From: Geosiphon pyriformis uo1
Taxonomy: Eukaryota > Fungi > Glomeromycota
Length of the DNA: 64,000 nt
Direction: 5' to 3'
Assembly (NCBI GenBank): GCA_016748015.1
Contig: JAAOMT010000134.1
Span: 1 to 64,000 of the forward strand
A model generated the notes under the pieces. That model worked only from the letters and a program-made list of their open reading frames with translations, ran no database searches and was not told the DNA's origin. How positions within the stretch are numbered: the first letter of the stretch is position 1; every line of letters starts with the position of its first letter. Shown one piece after another: positions 24,450 through 35,576 of this stretch. The position numbers and the translations under genes were made by a program.

Positions 24450-25264
24450 TGTTACAGGTGATTATTTTTGCTGTTGAATTAAATAACAACCCATAACTTG
24501 GTGCTCAAAAGCTACTTCCATGGATGAGGTTCTGCAAAATGTTGTATCTGAAGGTTTTTATAGAGTCCTTTGTATAATGGACAGAGATTCAATAGTGTCA
24601 ATAGTAAGTGTATCTTTCCAAAAGTTTTCCCAATTTCTTTCTCAGCATGGTGGCCGGATTTAGTCTGACAGTCGTGCCCTTCTGGTAAGCTATTCAATAA
24701 TATATATAAAATCCTACCCTTATTTCTGGGTCTTTTACCAGACTATCCTTGATGTTAATAATTCAGTGCTTAATCCTTTTTTTAATTAGTATACACAACA
24801 ATCAAATCAAATAAAATAAAGAAAAGAAATAAAAAAAAATAAAGAAAGAAAATAAATAAGCCTGGGCAGTTCGGCAGATTAGTATTCTGTTAATAGCCGT
24901 GATTAAGAGCTATTGTTCCAGTGTGGTTAAGTATTAATTACTATCAACATGAAGTGTTGATAGTGGAGAGTGGATTGAGATGTGGAATAATTATTTATTT
25001 AATGATTTTGTTTCTTGGCTAAGTATTCTGTGATATTGATTCTGTCTTTTCTGTTTCTAACACTACTACTATATATACATAATTGAGATTCCTCAATTCC
25101 TTGATTTTTCACAACAGGAATCCTGCAATTTCTTGTCAAAGAATCCTGAAATTCCTGGAATCCTGCAATTCCTGAGAGGAATCCTGGAATTCCACATTTA
25201 CTATGCTTACTTCTGATTGACTAATAAGTATGCTAATATATTTCCTATATTTCTATGAATAACA
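24450..25264 (-). repeat. 5' LTR of C
   Basis: Direct repeat of 15157-16027. Confidence 0.95.
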
Positions 25265-26037
25265 ATGTCAACTCTTTCCCAGGAATTGCTCGTTTGGAAG
25301 CTCACTAAAAATGTGTAGTTACTTTGCTGTGAAAGTCAACTTTTCTATAGGAATCTCGTCTGTAGGCTACCCTAATGATTGTAAAAAAAAATAAAATAAA
25401 ATAAAAGAAATGTAAAAGAAATAGGATTTTATTAAGGAAAACATTTTCTATCCAGGCCTGGAGTCACTAACAGTTTACTGAAATTGATAGCTAATTAATT
25501 TCGAAATGTTAGTTGGGTTTTGGAGATTTTTCAAGTACAATAATTAAAAAAATTTGGTTTTTCGAATTATTTGATATTTATTTCTTTTTGTGTGTATAGG
25601 AACAGTTTTAAGAGATAAATCTAAAGTAAAATACATTTTCTCAAAGAGAGAAGCTCTTCTTTTATACAACTTGTTGTAACACTATTCTATGAACTTGAAC
25701 TTTGCTATTTTCTATAATTTTGCTAAACTAAAAATACATTTTGGCGAACTACAAGTTATTTCTGCAAGCTATTAGATATTTTGGTAAACTATTAATTATT
25801 TTGGCAAATTCCTACAAATTTTGGTGAACTTTTTGAATGTTACATAGTTCGGAGTATTGCATGATTAATCATCACAATTAGGTTATATTTGTGTTATGTA
25901 CAAATTGGGTTATTAATTAAATGATAATTTCGGATATTTTGCTAATGTAATAAGTAATAATTTGAAATGCTAATTAATAATAAAAATTATAAAGATAATT
26001 TCATGCTAAGCAATATCTCTAATTTTGTCTGGTAACA
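25265..26037 (-). repeat. 5' LTR of B, U3/R-side piece
   Basis: Matches 6288-7060 and ends CTGGTAACA. Confidence 0.92.
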
Positions 26038-29000
26038 ATGGCTTGATAAAGTACAGAAAGCAGGAGATGCAAATGATTAGAATGCAGCAAGAATGCTCAA
26101 AGCAATTCCATATTTTCTCCAAGACACTGCAAAAGAATGGTTTGAAAACTTAGAAGAATCATTTGAAAACTGGTAAGCATTCAAAGATGCTTTCTTACAA
26201 CAATTTACTAACAACAATATCTTTATCACTCTCTGCAATCACTTTCACAATATTAAACAAGAGACATCTGAAACTGTTATAACCTATCTTAAAAAATTTA
26301 ATAAACTTCTTCAATGAATTCAACAATTGGAAACCAATGATTACTATTCCAATGCTCAGATTCTGGATCAGTTTATAGCAGGATTAAAAGACAAATTGAT
26401 AAAAAAAGTTTATCCACATGTACCAGCAGACTTAACAACTGCCATTAGACATGCAAAAAACTATGAAATAACAATGGAAGAAGCAAACCACATCAAACTT
26501 GTCAACCTGGCTATTGGAAAAACCAGCTCAGCAGCTGAAAAAAAGATAGACCAACTCACAAAAAAGGTTGAAAGCTACTTTACAAATCAACAACAACAGC
26601 AGCAACCACCACAAAGATATCAACCTCCACAACAATGCAATCAAAATGGCTTTGGATTACTATCTAACAACCAATCTCAAAATTGTTATTATTGTGGAAT
26701 TCCAAGACACTGGAAACAAGATTGCAGAAAATTGCAAAGAGACCAACAAAACAGGAGTAATCAATATTACCCTTTACTACAACAATCTTATTACCAACTT
26801 CTACCACCAACTCATTATTCACCAAGACCACAAAATTAAAACAATTACTATCAGCCAGCTCCACAACTAATGCAGCAACAATATCAGCAATCTTTATCAA
26901 TTTAGCAATATCAACCACTTACTCCACAATATCAAGTACCAGCCAGAAGACTGGTATAACAAAACTAATTCACACCACAAAACCGTTTTTTAACAAACAA
27001 CAACAGAATCAATTTAAATAACCAGTTGGTTCTCCAGAATTCTGGTCAGCAAAGACCCAATCACTATTACACTCAGCCCAGTTATTTAACAATGCAAAAA
27101 GAATCGGATTTTCAACAACCTGCACTTTCTGAAAGTGAAGTTATAGCACCAAGATCAGACCCTTCCAACAACACCATTTCACCAGCCCAAATTGCCCAAA
27201 ATGTTAACCTTTCAGATATATTCCCATTCGAATTTGAAGCAAATAAATCACCATTCTTGCTTAGTAATGCAGCAGCTATGAACAAAAAGCTATTACTGTC
27301 ATGTACATTGAAGCCACAGTAAAGAGAAAACTTATTCGATTAATTCTAGACAGTGGATTAACTAGAAGTATCATCACATACCAATTAATGCAACAACTTG
27401 ATTGAAATGTTGACAGACCAGCCCAAACAGTAATTGTGACAGCAGATAATATAAAAAAGACACCAGTAGAAAAAATTAACAACTTCCCATTCACCATTGA
27501 TGAAATCACCATTCCAGTTAAAGTTTTAGTTATGGATACACCCTAATACTAAGTTCTTGTTGAAAATGATTGGCTTCTTAAGGCCAATATAAACTTAGAC
27601 TGGGAAACTCAGGAATTAAAAATCTCATACCAAAGACAATACACTATAATACCTGCTACTTGTAAAACTTTCAACAAATAATCAGAAAAAGCCTCAGTGT
27701 TTGAATTTGAAGAGGAAAAAAAAATGCCATTCACTAAAACCTACATGGCTTTTGGATTAACATCCAATTGAGCTAAGAAAACAGAACAAGAGATTTTTAA
27801 AGAATCAAGAAGATAGAAAAAAGTTAGATATTTTACACCTGAACCATGAAAAAAACCACAATACATTTCACTAAAATACAAAGATTGCAAAAAGAAGCTT
27901 TTATCTATGGGAGCCTGTATTTCTCCAGAAGAGGAATACAAAACTTGCACTTGCTACTTCTGCAAAACATGCCATAGAGAATGATTTGGATCCTCAAAAA
28001 AAAGTAGAAAATGGGACAACACACCTTGTTTTACATGTGGAGATATGCTATCAGAAGAATGCAATTGGATTGATATTGCAATGAGAGGAGGGGTATGTGA
28101 TCAAACCTGTCAATATGTCCTATCAATTTCGGAAAAAGTCAGAAGAGAAACACTATTTGATGCAACATACAACAATGCTCTCAATAAACTCTACTACTAT
28201 CCTTATGATGCTAAAATAATTTTTGATTTGGCAATGACATTAATCAATAGAGCCACCCAAAAAGATGTCTGCCAAATAAAAGAAGCTGAATATATTGAGT
28301 ATACAATAAAATTAGCTGGATTCAACTATGAAGATAAAGTGGAAACATACCACCAAATTACAAGCTACACTTATCCAATCCAAGAAGCTCAAATTTAATG
28401 ATTAGAGCAAATGAATATTCAATTGTGTAAAAAATGCATCATGTCTTGTAATAACAAATAGTGTTCAGAATGCTATGTTCTTAGCATTCCTCTGCTCAGT
28501 GAAAATAACCAGGAAGAAATCGAATTTGGGAAACCAGAAACAAAGAATAAAACCACAACAACACCAATCTATTTTACTGAAAACCAGCCTATTATACAAC
28601 TCAAATACTTTGACAACAATGGGCAAGGAATAAAACCAGAAAAAGCTCACGAAATTGATGCAGAATATGACTTCAGATATCTTGACAAAGATACTTTAGT
28701 TCTTCAACCAAAGTTCTTAACAAAAATCGACCTCAAAATTGCCCTTGAAATTTCATCTGGAACAATAGTTCAAATTGCATCCAGATTATCATTGGCAAGC
28801 AAAGGAATTAACATTAAAGAAGGAGTTATAGATGCAGGATATACTGAAGACATTACTATCATGTTGCAGAATGAAACAGACAAACTATTCAGGATTGAAC
28901 ATGTTGAAAAAATTGTCCAAGCAATTTACCTACTCTTAATCAACATTTCAGGTTTACAATCAGTTAACAACAGAAAACAATTGGGAAAAAGTGAAAGAAA

Positions 29001-30873
29001 AATGCAAGGTTTTGGTTCAACTGGATGATTTACAGTCCCAGTAAACATAGCTCTTAATACACAGAATAAATCTTACCAGATTTTTCAACTTTTCCAACCA
29101 ATTACCATTTCACTTTTTGGTAAACATTACGAAATTTACACTTGTTCAAAACCCATCACTACCCAACAAATCTTTAAATCCAATAAACAAATCTGTTTAA
29201 AGCATGAAATCTTAATCCCAAACATTTATATTCCCAAAGGAATGAAAAAATTTCAAGTTATATTCTACAACCCCAATAATTATCCTATTGTCTTATTGAA
29301 CAAATTGGAGATTGGAATTATACACAGTAATATCTTTCAAAATGAAAACTTTTAAATTGTCTTTGATTTCATCGAAATTATAAGATATACACTACTTCCA
29401 AATCCAAACATCATTCTTACTACTAAAAACTACCATCTTTTGGAAGAAAAACTCTCTAGAATCAACATGAGTCTCTTAAAACCCCAACAACAAAGACAAT
29501 TAAAACAGCTAATAGCTGAATTTGCAGATATTTTTGCAAAAAACAACAATGATCTTGAAAAAACTAATATTGTTCAACATCAAATCCACACAGGAGATGC
29601 TCTGCCAAAATGACAACAAGCCTATCGAGTTCCACCTGCTAGCCACCAGTTTATCAGAGAAGAGGTTCAAAGAATGCTCAATAACAAATTGATTTAACCA
29701 TCAAGAAGTCCTTGGGTCTCATCAATAATACTTATTAAAAAGAAAAACAGAAAAATCAGATTCTGTGTAAATTACTATCAGCTCAACAGCATAACAATTG
29801 AAGATGCCTATTTTCTTCCAAGAATTGATAATATGTTGGATGCCTTAGGAAAAGCCAAGTTCTTCTCAACTTTGGACTTGGAAAGTAGATACTGACAAGT
29901 TGAAATGGACCCAAAAGATCGACCCAAAACAGCATTCACCACTCAAGGAGGGAATTATGAGTTCAATGTTATGCTTTTTAAACTTTGCAATACACCAGCA
30001 ACATTCCAACAACTCATAGATGTTGTATATAAAGGACTCTTATGGCAATCAGTAGTTGTTTATCTTAATAACACTAATGTATACTTACCAAGCTTTAAAG
30101 CCTATCTTATCTACCTGCAAGAAGTTTTTCAATGATTATGAAAAGCAGGATTGAAGTTGAACATTAAGAAATATTACTTTGAAAAAACAAGCTTAATTTT
30201 TCTTGAACACATTATCAGCAAAGATGGAGTCAAACCAAATTCTAGAACAATCAGTGCTGTCAAAAACTTCCAAACACCCAAAAATACCACAGAGCTGTGA
30301 GGATTTGTAGGATTAGCCTCATATTATCAGAAATTTATTAAAGGATTTTTAGAAATTGCTAAACCACTCAATTATCTCATCAACAAAAATGTGTCATACA
30401 AATGGACTGAAAAACAACAGAAAGCTTTTGAAATTCTTAAAACAAAACTAACAACAGCTTTAGTTCTTGCTTACCCAGACTTTAACAAATGATTTCAACT
30501 AATCACTAATGCTTCACACATAGCATTTGGTGCTATTCTATCACAATTAGATGAAAATGGCTAGAAACAAGTCATTGTCTATGCTAATAAAATACTCAAA
30601 TCAACAAAACTCAAATATGGTTCAACTGAATTAGAAGCTGCTGCAGTCATTTGGGCTTTTAAACATTTTCAACAATATCTGAAGAATGGAAAAGAATTTG
30701 ACATTATAACTAACAATATTGGCCTTAAATAGCTCAATAAAAAGAAAACTGAACAAAGTACCAAACAGTCTCGATGGAATAACTTCCTAGCAGATTACAA
30801 ATATATTGTATACTACAAACCAGGAAAATTACACACAAATGTTAATAGTCTCTTCAGAATGAGACAAGATTAA
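26038..30873 (+). pseudogene. pol: A ORF1 remainder: capsid, CCHC, protease (~27290-27670), CxxC domain (~27860-28500), dUTPase (~28600-29030), RT, RNase H
   Basis: CYYCGIPRHWKQDC, LILDSG, VIDAGYTE..QGFGSTG, KTAFTT..PATFQ. Ends RMRQD* at 30871-30873. Confidence 0.9.
28600..29030 (+). pseudogene. dut: A dUTPase domain
   Basis: DAEYDF, ASRLSLA, GVIDAGYT, KIVQAI and QGFGSTG. Confidence 0.88.
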
Positions 30874-30929
30874 TAACACCAACAAATCGACTATAACTTA
30901 CCAACCTACCAACAAATAATAAAGCAACA

Positions 30930-32315
30930 ATAAATTCCAGAAATTACAACAATTTTAAAAACTATTTGGAGACTCTTATCATACCAGAAAATTAGTTCCC
31001 AAGTAAAAAACATCGATTACAACACCAATCCAAACAATATTTTATACACCACAACAAAATCTATTACAAAAATCACAGAAATCCAAACCAACTACTCAGA
31101 TTAATACAAGAGAATGAAAAAGAAACAATTCTATACAACATACACACAGATCTTTCTTCAGCACATTTGGGAAGAGATGGAACAATTCAAAGAACTCTTA
31201 AACATTATTTTTGGCCTTACATGCAAAAAGACATTCAACAATATGTAGAATCTTGTGATAGTTGTCAAAAAAGAGAAGGAACTCATCCCACAGAATCTTT
31301 AAATCCAATCAAAGTTGGACAATCTTTTGACAGAGTTGAAATTGATTTAGTCAGACCATTATCTATCACAACCCAAGGAAATCATTATATTGCAGTTGCA
31401 GTAGATTATCTTATCAAATGGCCTAAAGCTAGAGCCATCCAAAAAGCAGATGCAAAATTAGTAGCAAATTTCATCTATGAAAACATTATTTGTAGATATA
31501 GATGCCCAATTGAACTTTTATCTGATTAAGGAACACATTTTGTAAACAACTTAATACAAGAAATTTGTGAATGATTCAATGTCAAAAGACTTTTATCATC
31601 ATCTTATTACCCTCAAACAAATAGACTTGTAGAACATTTCAACAGAACATTGTGTGAATCTTTAGCCAAAGTTTCAACAGATTTTAAACAAGAATGGGAT
31701 ATCTTTATTTCATTAGTGTTATTAGTATACAAAACACTAAAACAAGTTACTATAAAACACACACTATTTGATCTTACTTATGGAAGGACAGCAATATTAC
31801 CAATTAATTTCACAGTAGAAACATACCCAGTACAACCAATTAATAAAGAAAACTTTCAAGAAACACTCCAAAGAAGAGCCTACACTCTCCTTAGTACATT
31901 GGAAGGAAAAAGACACATAGCAGCCTCTCATATTGAATACTTTCAAGCCTTACAAAAAGAAAAGCATGACAACAAACTGTTACTAATTACTAACGAATTT
32001 AAGATTGGAAATAAAGTTTTCTTACACAGAACTAAGGCTAAAAAACAATGGAGTGGAAAATTTGAACATAAATAGGATGGACCATTTTATATTCACAAAA
32101 TTTTAGGCAATGGATTATACAAGTTAAGACTTGATAACAAAGTACTAGCAAAAGTTGCACATGGAAATAGATTAAAACACTATCATTCCAGAAACAATCC
32201 TAAACCATTAATTCCACAAATTGGTAAATATTCTTCTTTAGTTAATCCTAAAAATATTCCCCGAAATTTAGAACCAATAATTATAATTGAACAACAACCA
32301 AACTTGAACACTTAA
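30930..32315 (+). pseudogene. A integrase (separate ORF, start decayed to ATA)
   Basis: Collinear with B integrase, with HHCC, DDE and GPF. 462 codons in one frame. Confidence 0.88.
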
Positions 32316-32508
32316 TTTAACATAATTTTACAATAGTTCTTTTAATAATACACAAAAACAAAAATAATAAATAATACAAAAACACCCAAACCCAAAAACA
32401 AATAAAAATCCCATATTCAAAAATAATTTTCTTTATTCTTCTTTCTATTAGTTAACCATTTTTATTATAATTATTTCCCAAAATATTCAACAAATATCCC
32501 AAAAATTA

Positions 32509-33174
32509 ATGTTAGCCTTAAAAACACTTCCTGACTTATCCATAACGATTAATGGAAGTCAAATTAATTACATTCAGAAAGAAAACACAGCTCCAATAGT
32601 AAATAATTCTCAAAACTATCATTCCTATAGAAAAAAAGCAAAAGGTCACTTTGAAAATAGGTTACCAGAACTTTTGAAGCAAGCACTAAAAGAAAACCTT
32701 TTAATTGCTTCTATTGACATTCCACCAAATGCCACAATACAACAAAAACTTCTACTATTTCTTAATAAACAGAACAATAAACATACTCTTATATATAGAT
32801 ATTTTCATATTGGAAAAACACTTTATGAACGAAAACTGGAATTTAAAGCAACCAATATCACTTCTGAGGCTATATGAAAACGAATTCACAATGAATTCAA
32901 GACAGCAGCTAGACCAACAAACACTTGTTACAAACTTAGAGCAGCATTTAGACTTTATAATTTATTCAATACTTGTAAAAACGTCTTACAAAATTCAATA
33001 CTCCATTCAATGAAGATTCAATATATTGAAAAGCTTACAAAACTGAAATTTCAACAATTTTCAGACCAGATTACTTCAATTATCTTGGACCATTATCTTA
33101 ACATCACAGATAGTGCTTGAACTTCGACAGAGCTCAGTCTTGAGGAGGAAATTATGTTACCAGTAGAATTTTAG
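32509..33174 (+). pseudogene. A ORF3, unknown function
   Basis: MLALKTLPDLSITING...YRYFHIGKTLYERK...LRAAFRLY. Confidence 0.75.
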
Positions 33175-34113
33175 CTATTAATTAGCACAAAATTACCCTT
33201 ATAATTCCTATTATCAATTAGCATATAGTATCATTATTTCGATTATCACTTATTATTTAATCAAATTATCAAATATCATTACTTAATCAATAATCTGATT
33301 TGTACTTTAGAAATTAAGATGATCAAATTACACAATACCCTAAACTATTTAATATAGTCAAAATTTGCCGAAATTAATGAAAATTGGCCGAAATAATCAA
33401 ATAGTTCAGTAAAATAACTTGTAGTTTGCTGAAATGTATCTTTAGTTCACCCAAATTATAGCAAAGAGAAAAGTGCAAGTTCAAAGACTAGTACTACAAC
33501 AAGTTGTATAAAAGAAAAGCTTCTCTTTTCAAAAAAATGTATCTTTTCATAGTATCTTACCATAGCATTCTACCTTAGATATCTTAATTGAAACAAATCA
33601 CTTTTTATACATTCAAATAAAAATTAAATATTTGAAAAACAAATCCTTAAAATTATTACACTTGAAATTCCCTCAACACAACTAACGTTTTGAAATTGAT
33701 TAGCTACCAATTTCAATAAATTGTTAATGACTCCAGGCCTGGATAGAAAACGTTTTTCTTGATAAAATTCTATTTCTTTTATTTTTCTTTTATTTTGTTA
33801 TCATAATTATTAGGGTAGTCTACAGATGAGATTCCTGTAGAAGAGTTGACTTTTACAGCAAAGTAACTATACATTTTTAGTGAACTTCCAGATGAGCAAT
33901 TCCTGGGAAAAAGTTGATATTTACTATAACATAACTACATAAAGTAATTGGCAAGAAATTGGCCATTCCACTCATAAGCCCAGTAGTTTAAATTATAGGA
34001 AATAATTTGAAAATAAAAGTTATTGGAGATCTAACTACTTCTTGAAAACGTGAATTTACAGCAAATCAACATTAATAACATTCAAAAAAAGAAACCAAAA
34101 ACCTCCAGTAACA
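33155..34113 (+). repeat. 3' LTR of A
   Basis: Direct repeat of 4276-5265, preceded by PPT gaggaggaa. Confidence 0.95.
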
Positions 34114-34117
34114 ACAG

Positions 34118-35444
34118 TCTTTGCAATTAGCAAATTAATTTCTTCAGCTTAAACCAAACATATTATTAAAGCAGTTTTAGTATATAGCTCCAATATTAAA
34201 ACAGAGAGTTTATTTTTAAAAGGCAGTTTTATAGACAAAAGCTTACTAGTAATCTCTAAAACTTTGTATATGTGTTTAATTAAACCAATATTTATAATAA
34301 TTACAACACCAAAACCCAAATAATCATGTTCTAAATTAAAGATAAACACTTAAATATTCTTAAATTTGTTAACAATTTATGAATGAACTTTTCTCTTTAA
34401 TTTTGTTTCAATAATAATAAAAATCAAATTGTTCATTTCTTTTTATGCCAACAAATAATATCCTCTTGTTTAACAGAGTTTTTCATATTTTTAACATTGT
34501 ATTTAGCAATTTTCCAAATCAAATTGGTTATTGTTAGATAAAAGTGTTCAAATTTAAACTTTTATTGTCTATTTTGGCCAGCAGACTTATAACTATAATT
34601 GATAAATTGTTTATTTTATTTTCAAACCTCTTAATAATTGACTAATCCAAAATTTTTGCTTTTGTAATAGTCTTACTACTAGTGACTGCACCTAAATTTT
34701 CACTTATTACTATATTTGCTTTTTGATTTTGTAATAAAAAAATTACCAATAACTGATATTTAAGACTAAGTTGAAAAATTATTAATCTAAATACATCCAA
34801 CTTCTTAGCTAGCTTACTTACTTGTTCTGTAAAACTAGTAAGATTACATTTAAGAACAGTAAACTTATTATTTATTTCTTTAAATATGAGTGGAAGAGAC
34901 TTTACTTTCAATAAAGAGCCATAATTTACTCAACTATTTTGCACAAAAAGAAGAAAAAATAAGAATTTACCAACAATTTTAGCCTAAAAAATATTACCAA
35001 AAAAAACAGAATACATAATAAATACCAAATATTTGGCATAAAAGATGGCCAGTTTGTTTTTATCTTTTTCTAAAAAAACTTTATAAGATAAACTACCAAA
35101 AAAAACTTTCCTATTTACAGCACAATTTAATAATATATGATTCAAATTCTCACACTTTGCACACTTGGTAAAACCCAAACAAGACCAGTACAAATTGGCT
35201 CCTCATAACACAAATGTAGTTCTCATAATAGTATCTAATAACTCAACAAAGTTAAAACAAACTACAATACATCTGGTCCAGACATATATAATTGGATAAT
35301 AATTTATTGTACATATTTTTTTACTCACAGATTTAATAAAATTCCAAATATTATAAACATTTGTTTTTATTAACAGTATATAAAGCAGTACTCTATTATA
35401 ATTTCTTGTATTCTATGTTTTTTGTTTATATCAGTTCTAATAAT
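34118..35444 (-). mobile_element. LINE-a continuation (APE N-terminus and ORF1 C-terminal half with CCHC)
   Basis: LIWKIAKYNVK, LLSIKL.FKNKLSV and CAKCENLNHILLNC. Confidence 0.8.
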
Positions 35445-35576
35445 TTTTTTTTTATTACATTTAATGAGTGAAGTCCAAACATGGCCTAGTATCATACATT
35501 ATATAAATGATCTAAACTAGGTGCAAATCATGCATTATCAACATGTAACCAGCCACTTAGGCCAATCAAAACAACA

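Larger units (their letters stand above)
15157..25264 (-). mobile_element. Gypsy-type LTR retrotransposon C (family C), uninterrupted full-length copy
   Basis: LTRs at 15157-16027 and 24450-25264. TSD ACGT (15153-15156) and ATGT (25265-25268). PBS 24432-24447 and PPT near 16030-16042. Confidence 0.94.
6100..26037 (-). mobile_element. Gypsy-type LTR retrotransposon B (family A, B/G subtype), 5' LTR interrupted by element C
   Basis: LTRs at 6100-7060 and 14965-15156 plus 25265-26037. TSD ATGG at 6096-6099 and 26038-26041. PPT near 7061-7075 and PBS near 14952-14962. Confidence 0.93.
4276..34113 (+). mobile_element. Gypsy-type LTR retrotransposon A (family A), complete but interrupted by element B
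   Basis: LTRs TGTTACC...GTAACA at 4276-5265 and 33155-34113. TSD ACAG at 4272-4275 and 34114-34117. PBS, PPT and gag-pol order PR-RT-RH-IN are present. LINE-a resumes after 34117. Confidence 0.93.
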
